IMG/VR virus record: IMGVR_UViG_3300040801_004532 | Span: 184,137-248,136 of that record | Reading direction: 5' to 3' (one strand) | Length of the DNA: 64,000 nt | Shown: positions 17,586 to 25,343 of the stretch, in pieces | Numbering within the stretch: the stretch's first letter is position 1 | Layout: every line of letters starts with the position of its first letter | The notes under the pieces: generated by a model | The model's input: only the letters and a program-made list of their open reading frames with translations | Databases searched by the model: none | Told to the model about the DNA's origin: nothing | Translations under genes and position numbers: made by a program

Positions 17586-17939
17586 ATGAATCAAAAGAAG
17601 CTATTTGATTTATATTTAAAAGAACGAGAGTATCAACGATGTTGTTTTGGGGAATATTATGATGTAAAATCTTTCAATCTTGCAAGTTTTTTAAATTTTA
17701 TTGATACGTATCTAAAGAAATGCCAAACGGCATATTCAGAAAAATGGGATACAGAGACGCCACCATGGTTGATAAATTGCAAAGAGATGCTCCAGGATGG
17801 GTCTGCACCAATTCAAGCATATGAAGACCTAATAAAAGTTTTTGCTCTAGCGGGTGCCGCCCTAGAAACATTTTCAGACATTGATATTGATGAGTGGCGA
17901 CGAAACCCTGAAAATGATATTAGACGATGGCGAGAATAA
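17586..17939 (+). CDS. Hypothetical protein, possibly MazG-like all-alpha NTP pyrophosphatase
   Basis: EDLIKVFALAGAALE resembles the ELxQVAAxAxAxLE helix of phage MazG-like proteins. Confidence 0.4.
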   Translation: MNQKKLFDLYLKEREYQRCCFGEYYDVKSFNLASFLNFIDTYLKKCQTAYSEKWDTETPPWLINCKEMLQDGSAPIQAYEDLIKVFALAGAALETFSDIDIDEWRRNPENDIRRWRE

Positions 17940-17942
17940 AAC

Positions 17943-18692
17943 ATGGAAGGAGAACTTTTTAACATGAACGAAAACCTATCGAAAATGGTCAAAGAAGGTG
18001 GACCACAGGAGGAGGAGCATTTTGACTTTCCTGAAGACATGAACGAGGAAAATCCAACTGAAAATCAAGAACAACAGGCGCCTGATATTACAGCCTCATC
18101 TATTGAGATTACATCATTATCTGACTGGTTTGATGATAATGTAGAAAATTTTCCAAATATCACAAAACCAACAATTACAGTTCGTGGGGTTGATCCAAAC
18201 GAACAACTCATTATTACAATCCCGGATGGGGAAGACCAAGAAAAAAGAAAGTTGCTTGTTTTTGATGACGCAAACATTCTGCCGGTTTTAAATATTCCGG
18301 CGATAGATATGCGTGTTTATAACAATGGATTTAGAATTGTTTACAATCTTGGAAATGGGATTTTCATTAAAAGCTATGGAATAAGAACAGGGTTGATTTC
18401 AGTATTTTGTCATGATGTTGACGACCTTTTGATTCCATATGCTATTGTTAAATCAAAGAAAAAGGATTCTGAAATTCAGATACAAACTCGTGATATTTCT
18501 GAAGTCACACAAAAAATTGCAGAACCACTTGATTATGAAGCATTGCAAATCAGGTACAAACAGAGTTCAAAAGCAGAGGGACTTCAAACAAATTTGGATG
18601 CAATCAAATGGTTGCTTGAACGGCAAGGGTCAATTGAAGACATTAATCATCACCTCCAGATAGATAATGTTATAATTGATACCTTAGCCTAA
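17943..18692 (+). CDS. Hypothetical protein with acidic N-terminus
   Basis: 249-aa ORF in operon context. Confidence 0.6.
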   Translation: MEGELFNMNENLSKMVKEGGPQEEEHFDFPEDMNEENPTENQEQQAPDITASSIEITSLSDWFDDNVENFPNITKPTITVRGVDPNEQLIITIPDGEDQEKRKLLVFDDANILPVLNIPAIDMRVYNNGFRIVYNLGNGIFIKSYGIRTGLISVFCHDVDDLLIPYAIVKSKKKDSEIQIQTRDISEVTQKIAEPLDYEALQIRYKQSSKAEGLQTNLDAIKWLLERQGSIEDINHHLQIDNVIIDTLA

Positions 18693-18772
18693 GGGAGTTT
18701 GGCAGTGGTGAACAGAGGCTTTGGAGCTTGGCGGCTTATGCATCGTAGTAGCCACTGCCAATTTCTTTTATA

Positions 18773-19504
18773 ATGAAACTTAATAATCATTTAAGATTAA
18801 TTCTAAGCGATGTTTATGTATATGATATTGAGGCATGCCATTATACCATCTTAAAAAATATGGGGTTCGATCTTTCTAATATCGATCCATCTGATAAATT
18901 AGGAAGAAATATTGAGATCGGAAAGATGATGCGAGATAATCCGAGAATTACTTCATTGCTAAGGACAACAACAAACTCATTGATAGATGATTATATCAAT
19001 GAAAATAACATAAAAGAAAATGAAATAGTCATAAGACAATACGATGGAATCCTTCTGACAAAAAAATTACATACTACAAATATAGGACATATACCATTAG
19101 ATTTAAGAAAGACATTTGATACTTTTATTTCATCAATAAACCGAGATATGTATATTGCGTTGGATAATAAAAATAATGTAACCGCAAAAGGTATCTCTCA
19201 TTTATATGATGAAATGAAAGAGATATATAAAAAAATATGTAAGGTAGTTGAAATGAACAAAAGTTCAAGATTCAAACATTTACAAAGGATAAAGGATGAC
19301 TTCTTTACTGTAGATAACCCAAATCTTTTTGGGATCCCAATTAAGGATAAAAAATTCAACGTATTCTTAATTGGTTATGGCGAGCTTGAAATCTCCAAGT
19401 CCACTTTAAAAATTATGGACTGTGATGATATTGACAGAAACCAATACTTTAAACATTATATTGAACCTTTTACAAAATCAATCGTCTTTGAAAGTGTGAG
19501 GTGA
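18773..19504 (+). CDS. Divergent family-B-like DNA polymerase palm fragment/subunit
   Basis: YDIEACHYTI is motif A-like and IRQYDGIL is motif C-like. Only 243 aa. Confidence 0.5.
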   Translation: MKLNNHLRLILSDVYVYDIEACHYTILKNMGFDLSNIDPSDKLGRNIEIGKMMRDNPRITSLLRTTTNSLIDDYINENNIKENEIVIRQYDGILLTKKLHTTNIGHIPLDLRKTFDTFISSINRDMYIALDNKNNVTAKGISHLYDEMKEIYKKICKVVEMNKSSRFKHLQRIKDDFFTVDNPNLFGIPIKDKKFNVFLIGYGELEISKSTLKIMDCDDIDRNQYFKHYIEPFTKSIVFESVR

Positions 19505-20121
19505 CAATGCTTGTATTAAATGTAGCCGCTGGAAAATTTGACCCACTTCCCGTAAAGTCAGAAGAAGATTCAATGATGCCCAAGTTTATATTGAATGTTG
19601 ATAAAGCATATTATTCACAAGAACTACCACATGTAATTGAACATAGGGCAAGTTCGTGGGAAAAAGATCCAGATCGGATAACTAGAAGAGAATATCTAAA
19701 TCGAGATGTAAATGACTTCATGGAGAGAACTCAACTCAAATTTGATCGTGTTTGTATCTATAGATACCTTGAGCATGTATCATTCACAGATGTCTTATAT
19801 TTTATTTACCTGGTTTCAACCGTTACAAAAAAGGGGGCGTTGGTTGACGTAATCGTCCCTAACTATACAATTTTGGCAGAAATGTTATTAAACGAAGATT
19901 ATTATAGAGAAAATTCAGATTTTGATTTTGAAGCTCACAATATCCTTTTAACTACCGAGCTTCTCAATGAACCATCTTGCCCCCATGCATCTATTTGGAC
20001 AGAATCAAGAGCTCGTTATTTTTGGACTTTAGAAAAAAGGTTCAAAATTGTTGATATTAATAGAGGCTTTAAATTTGATGGGCGAGATATCTATTTAAGG
20101 TTTGTTGTAGAAAGGATTTAA
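19501..20121 (+). CDS. Class I SAM-dependent methyltransferase-like protein
   Basis: VLNVAAG (motif I variant), FDRV..YRYLEHV, VIVPN, H..IWT. Confidence 0.7.
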   Translation: MTMLVLNVAAGKFDPLPVKSEEDSMMPKFILNVDKAYYSQELPHVIEHRASSWEKDPDRITRREYLNRDVNDFMERTQLKFDRVCIYRYLEHVSFTDVLYFIYLVSTVTKKGALVDVIVPNYTILAEMLLNEDYYRENSDFDFEAHNILLTTELLNEPSCPHASIWTESRARYFWTLEKRFKIVDINRGFKFDGRDIYLRFVVERI

Positions 20122-20124
20122 TAA

Positions 20125-20451
20125 GTGGCACCAAAAAAATTCGATGGTTATGATATACATGTATTACGGAATCCCTGTGTATATTCAGAAAGAAAAAACC
20201 CCACTGAAATCATCAGGTGTAATATAGCATTTGGTATGATGAATGATAATAAACTACGTGTCATAAAAAATAGGTTTTCTGGTATAGTCGGTGCTATAGA
20301 TCTCAATCAAACAATTGAATTATTTGCCGGCCTTATAGCAACAATAAAATTTGATGGTAGGATGGACCTATTTCATGAAGGAATGAGAAAACAACTAATA
20401 GAGAATATAACCTCGATAGTAAACGCGGAAAACTTTGAGAAGGGTGAGTAA
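20125..20451 (+). CDS. Hypothetical protein
   Basis: Fills the operon gap, GTG start. Confidence 0.5.
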   Translation: MAPKKFDGYDIHVLRNPCVYSERKNPTEIIRCNIAFGMMNDNKLRVIKNRFSGIVGAIDLNQTIELFAGLIATIKFDGRMDLFHEGMRKQLIENITSIVNAENFEKGE

Positions 20452-21393
20452 ATGTCAAGAGAAACATTCGATCAACGAGCAGTAGCAATGGGATTAACCC
20501 CAGTTGCTTATAAAGGACTTTATTCATATTCAGATAGATTCGGAGAAATCATCTATAGGAATTTTTCAACAATGGTAAGTGCAGGCGCTGGTCTTTCAGA
20601 CGAGGTTCATCCAACGGATGGTTTTATTTCAAATCTTATGGGTGTATTCACAAAAGGACCAGAGGATGTTGATTATAAATATTGTGGATATGTATCCTCA
20701 ATTTATCAATTCATTGGAAATGAAACCTTAAACGAAAATGTAAGAGAAGCAATCAATTCTGTAGGGGTTCCTGTTCTAGAAGAGAACCCGATCCTATGGC
20801 GAGATTTAACCAACATGAGGAACGAGATTATTATCAGAAGTAATAAATCAATTCCAAATGTTGGGGATGTCCTTCCTGTTATTATCGTTAACAATAGTTA
20901 TGATGGGACAAAGGCAGCAAGCTTATCTTTTGGAATCGCGTTGGACGGTCCCGGAAATAGCAAAACAATTTTCGGATTCAATCTTGGAGAATTAAAGCAG
21001 GTCCATATAGCAGGATCAAATACACGTCTTTCATCAGCGGTCTCCGGTTATATGCAAGTTTTTTCACAGGATATCCATTCGATGATTTCTGACTCCTTTT
21101 CAAGCCAATTATCGGAAGATGATATGTTAGCATCGTTGGACGTTGTTGAAGAAATTGGTGGCAAAAGAAGAAGAGAAAGAATTTCTTCACTCCTTGCTGA
21201 AATAAATACCCCTCAGTATGAAGATCAACCACAGTCGTTACCTTCTGCATGGCAAATCTTTTTGGCAATTGCAAGGTATAGCAGCTTAGAACCAAATTTA
21301 AATGTCAGGCGGATGCTAGAAAATGCTGCAGAAAGTGTTTTAGTTATTCCTGAAAGGATGTACGGAGTTCTATCTCGGCTCCATTCATCATAG
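20452..21393 (+). CDS. DUF932/DUF945-like protein
   Basis: VSSIYQFIGN and IIVNNSYDGT resemble DUF932 motifs. Confidence 0.6.
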   Translation: MSRETFDQRAVAMGLTPVAYKGLYSYSDRFGEIIYRNFSTMVSAGAGLSDEVHPTDGFISNLMGVFTKGPEDVDYKYCGYVSSIYQFIGNETLNENVREAINSVGVPVLEENPILWRDLTNMRNEIIIRSNKSIPNVGDVLPVIIVNNSYDGTKAASLSFGIALDGPGNSKTIFGFNLGELKQVHIAGSNTRLSSAVSGYMQVFSQDIHSMISDSFSSQLSEDDMLASLDVVEEIGGKRRRERISSLLAEINTPQYEDQPQSLPSAWQIFLAIARYSSLEPNLNVRRMLENAAESVLVIPERMYGVLSRLHSS

Positions 21394-21424
21394 CCCACAC
21401 CAAAGCATGGGCTCCTCCACAACA

Positions 21425-21461
21425 GAGAGGGGGGTTTGGAACCCCCCCTCTCATTTTTTTT
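21425..21461 (+). terminator. Rho-independent terminator ending the left operon
   Basis: GAGAGGGGGGTT-TGG-AACCCCCCCTCTC followed by A and T8. Confidence 0.85.
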
Positions 21462-21493
21462 GGAACAAAAAATAAAAGGAGTGGATAAATAGA

Positions 21494-22747
21494 ATGGCTC
21501 AAGATAAAAGCAGATATTGGACTCCATCAAGAACGTACGAATTTGCATTGAAAATTGGTAAGAAAGATATTACTCCTGATTTATATAAATTGACAATATT
21601 AACATCAATAGACGTCCCTTATCAGACGTTTGTACTTGAGTTATTTTTGGACCCGGCTGATTTTTTGTTAGAAGAAATTTATGGGCAAACTCCGCTAAAG
21701 CTATCAAGTAAATTATTTGCAACTTCAGAGCGAACACCTCTTGAGCAAATAGATTTTGACCTGATGTTTTTAACTGAAGATATACCAATTGAAACACAAA
21801 TGCAAAGTTCTCAAGAAGGTATACATGGAGAGCAAAAAGATCGAATACCAATTACAATAACCGCTGTTGCTAGAAAACCATATATAACAATGAATACATT
21901 TGTCAATGGAGTTTTTAATGGAAGCACAATCAATTCAGCGATTTCACAGTTAGTTTCTAATACTAATGCTTCATTAAAATATGATACAAACGGTCGAAAT
22001 TCATTGAAGATTGATCAAATATTAGTTCCGCCTGCAACTCTATATAAAAACCTGATGTATCTTAATAGAACATTTGGAATTTTTGATGGCGTTCCAGCTT
22101 TCTTTTGTCTATATGATGATACAATATATATCAAAAATCTAACAAGAAAAATGAAGGAATCCAACTTATTTACAATTTATCAATTAGCATTGGATGCTAA
22201 TAACGATGAAATTTACAAAAAAGCAAATGATGGGAAAACATTCTACACAGTTGATAAAGTCTTTACTGATTATAAGGGAAATGCTGCATTTGCTTCGATC
22301 GGACCAAGGATGCGTCACAGAGTAAAGCCAAGCGATAGATTATATTACGACATTGATATTTCTTTAGATGGGTTTACAAAAAATTATGGATTAATATCAA
22401 AACAAAATAGAATCTTTTATGATACTGAAGCTATTAATCCCGCAAAAAGAATTGCTTTTCATAAGGACCATACTGGCTATGAAACTAGTGAAACCTTTAT
22501 TCGTGGTAATCTATCTAAGAATATTGCTTCTCTTTCTGAAATGAATATCATATTGAAACAAAGTATAAAAATATTAAACTTGATGAACGTTGGAGAATCT
22601 GTTCAATTCAATAGTAAGAGCGATGAACCCTCTAGTTTAACAGGAAGATATATCCTTAAAGCTAGTGAACTTTCTTTTACAAAGGCAAAAGATTGGGAAT
22701 CATCTGCTGCATTGAAACTAATTAGAACAAACAGAACAGTAACTTAA
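21494..22747 (+). CDS. Probable baseplate hub/tail structural protein
   Basis: Beta-rich 417 aa, first gene of the virion module. No diagnostic motif. Confidence 0.4.
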   Translation: MAQDKSRYWTPSRTYEFALKIGKKDITPDLYKLTILTSIDVPYQTFVLELFLDPADFLLEEIYGQTPLKLSSKLFATSERTPLEQIDFDLMFLTEDIPIETQMQSSQEGIHGEQKDRIPITITAVARKPYITMNTFVNGVFNGSTINSAISQLVSNTNASLKYDTNGRNSLKIDQILVPPATLYKNLMYLNRTFGIFDGVPAFFCLYDDTIYIKNLTRKMKESNLFTIYQLALDANNDEIYKKANDGKTFYTVDKVFTDYKGNAAFASIGPRMRHRVKPSDRLYYDIDISLDGFTKNYGLISKQNRIFYDTEAINPAKRIAFHKDHTGYETSETFIRGNLSKNIASLSEMNIILKQSIKILNLMNVGESVQFNSKSDEPSSLTGRYILKASELSFTKAKDWESSAALKLIRTNRTVT

Positions 22748-22788
22748 ACAAAGATATTTTTTAAGAACAAACAATAAAGGAATCCTTT

Positions 22789-24441
22789 ATGGCGACAAGA
22801 AAACCACAACAACTAAAACAATTAGCAAACAAATATGTTGCGGAGTTCTTGCGTTGCCGAGCCAACTTTGAATATTTTTGTCGAACGTATATTTTCTTAG
22901 AGTTGCCTGGAAAGGATGTTCTTTTCAATCCATATGGAAAACAAATTGAATTAGTTGATTTAATTGAAGAAAAGCGGCATGTATTAGTTCTCAAGAGTAG
23001 GCAGATTGGTATATCAACAGTCATTCAGGCTTATGCAGCTTGGTTAGCAGTGTTTTATAACAACGTTGTAATTGGTATTATTTCAAAGGATGGGGCCGAA
23101 GCAACCGACTTTGCAAGAGTTATTCGTGGAATGGTTGAAAAACTTCCGGAGTGGATGAAACCTCTTGGAGGTCTCCTTGGAAGAGGTTTCGCAAAAAGAA
23201 CTGAACGTTCTTTTATCTTGACAAATGGTAGTAAAGTATATGCTTCACCAGTTAATCCAAACGCACCTGATAAAACACTTCGTGGTAAGGCAATTACCTT
23301 TTTGGTAATCGACGAAGCAGCATTTGTTCATCATATAAGTTCTGCATGGACTTCTATGGTACCAGCCTTATCAACAAACCAAATGCAAGCAAGAAAAGCT
23401 TCAATACCATACGGAACAATTGTTCTTTCAACACCAAACAAAACTGTTGGTGTTGGCCAATGGTATTTTGAACGATATATGAAAGCTATTTCAAGTGACG
23501 ATATTTTTGCACCATTTGTTATTCACTGGAAAATGATTCCAGAATTAGCAGATGATCCAGACTGGTATCAAACACAATGCTCTCTATTTGATAATGATCC
23601 AAAACGAATTGCTCAGGAATTAGAACTTAAATTCCTACCAACTGAGGGATCGTTCTTTGAAGCTGATACTGTTGAGGCAATGCAGTCAGCATGTATAGAC
23701 CCATTTGAAAGAATCAAAATTTACAATGGGGAAATTTGGAAATTTGCAAATCCCATTCATGGAAGGTTTTATATGATAGGGGTTGATACTGCACCTGAGC
23801 ATGGAACAGATAAATCAGCAATTAGTGTATGGGATTATGAAACACTTGAGCAAGTTTGGGAATATCAAGGAAAGTGTAAGGTTCTTGATTTTGTTAAGGT
23901 AGTCAAAGTTGCAGCAACTGAATTTCCAGGTGTAATTGTTGTTGAATCAAACTCATATGGAAATCAGGTTGTTGAGCATCTAAATGCAAGTGAATTTTCC
24001 CATATGTTATATAAAGAAAAACGTGGCAAAAATACTTATGTTCCTGGTCTTTCAACTAACTCAAGAACAAGACCATTAATGATTGATGCTCTTTACTCAT
24101 ATATGACTGAATTTCCAGAGTCCGTTAAATCACAAAGATTAGCCTTAGAATTAACAGGATTGGTTTCAAAAGCTAGTGGGAAGGTTGAAGCTGACTCTGG
24201 TTGCACAGATGATATTGCATTATCTGCTGCGTGCTGTATGTTTGTAAGAAAATATGATCCTCCTCTTATGATTGATACACAGGCCTATACTGCTCTTTCT
24301 GGAGAAATGACTGATATTGTATCAATGAACTCTGATTCCCCAATGGTTGATTTTACAAACCAAGGAATTATGAAACACCTAAGAGATAAATATGATGAAA
24401 ATACTGGCTTTGTAGATACCTTATCATTTTTTAAGGAGTAA
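22789..24441 (+). CDS. terL: Terminase large subunit (T4 gp17-like)
   Basis: Q-motif NPYGKQ, Walker A LKSRQIGIS, Walker B FLVIDEAAF, STPN, nuclease GVDTA, VESN and DDIA. Confidence 0.95.
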   Translation: MATRKPQQLKQLANKYVAEFLRCRANFEYFCRTYIFLELPGKDVLFNPYGKQIELVDLIEEKRHVLVLKSRQIGISTVIQAYAAWLAVFYNNVVIGIISKDGAEATDFARVIRGMVEKLPEWMKPLGGLLGRGFAKRTERSFILTNGSKVYASPVNPNAPDKTLRGKAITFLVIDEAAFVHHISSAWTSMVPALSTNQMQARKASIPYGTIVLSTPNKTVGVGQWYFERYMKAISSDDIFAPFVIHWKMIPELADDPDWYQTQCSLFDNDPKRIAQELELKFLPTEGSFFEADTVEAMQSACIDPFERIKIYNGEIWKFANPIHGRFYMIGVDTAPEHGTDKSAISVWDYETLEQVWEYQGKCKVLDFVKVVKVAATEFPGVIVVESNSYGNQVVEHLNASEFSHMLYKEKRGKNTYVPGLSTNSRTRPLMIDALYSYMTEFPESVKSQRLALELTGLVSKASGKVEADSGCTDDIALSAACCMFVRKYDPPLMIDTQAYTALSGEMTDIVSMNSDSPMVDFTNQGIMKHLRDKYDENTGFVDTLSFFKE

Positions 24442-25334
24442 TGATTTATATGGATATTAACGAATTATTTTCGGTTCCTGTCGGATTAAAACCAGTAATC
24501 AATTTGGACGGAACTAAATTTTACTCATCCCCAAAATTAAAGGCAAGTTTTTCGTTAGCATTTAAAAAATCATCCAAGGGACGTTCGGTATCAAAAGAGG
24601 TTGCTGAGCTTGTTGATCGTGAAATAATTGTACCATGTTATAAAAGTAAAAATATATTTTCATTTATAAAAAAGAAATTAACTAAAGGTGATATAAACGA
24701 CTATATACTTGCTTTTTATAACGTGGACGAAAAACGAGTTGTTGTAATTATTGATAATAATGTATCAATTTTTGGAACTGCAGCAAACAATGAGTTAGTA
24801 TCTACCACAATGCATGAATGTATGCACTTATCAGCAGGAAAAAATCTAAGAGGATTTTTAAGATATTTTGAATCATATCTACAAAGATATTATATTGAGT
24901 TTTTATCTGATTACTTTAAATTAGAAAAGGTATCAAGCAATCAAATTGATGATTTTATCAAATATTTAATAAAATATGAAATGCGCGGACCAAGATATGC
25001 CAATAGAGATTTAGCTAACTATTTCAGATTTATTGAAGAAACATTTAAAGGATCTAGCAAATTAGAATCACAAGACTTCCAACTTAGACTCACAAATTAT
25101 ATAGTTGCTGCCAAGCTTTTTATTGTAAGCCCAAATTCTCTATTTAAAAACCATAGAAAATTTTCTATGGTTTTCACTTCTTTAAATAGAGCTTATTGGG
25201 AGGCATTTGGCGAAAAAAATAAATATACTACCCCTATACAAGAAATTATTACTCTCTCAGAAGTAGCTTGTGTATTATCTGAAATGAAACCAACTGAGCC
25301 TGTAATAAGAAAATTATTTAAAAATGCAAAATAG
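24441..25334 (+). CDS. Zincin-like HExxH metallopeptidase-motif protein
   Basis: STTMHECMHL, with a possible third ligand in the C-terminal QEIITLSE. Confidence 0.55.
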   Translation: MIYMDINELFSVPVGLKPVINLDGTKFYSSPKLKASFSLAFKKSSKGRSVSKEVAELVDREIIVPCYKSKNIFSFIKKKLTKGDINDYILAFYNVDEKRVVVIIDNNVSIFGTAANNELVSTTMHECMHLSAGKNLRGFLRYFESYLQRYYIEFLSDYFKLEKVSSNQIDDFIKYLIKYEMRGPRYANRDLANYFRFIEETFKGSSKLESQDFQLRLTNYIVAAKLFIVSPNSLFKNHRKFSMVFTSLNRAYWEAFGEKNKYTTPIQEIITLSEVACVLSEMKPTEPVIRKLFKNAK

Positions 25335-25343
25335 AGGTAATAA

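Noticed and set aside
18701-18760. tRNA (stem ending in CCA)
   Set aside because: No T-loop GTTC, no D arm or anticodon arm geometry, and too short.
22789-24441. Intein or intron in terminase or RNAP genes
   Set aside because: Lengths and motif spacing are continuous, with no Hint or homing-endonuclease motifs seen.
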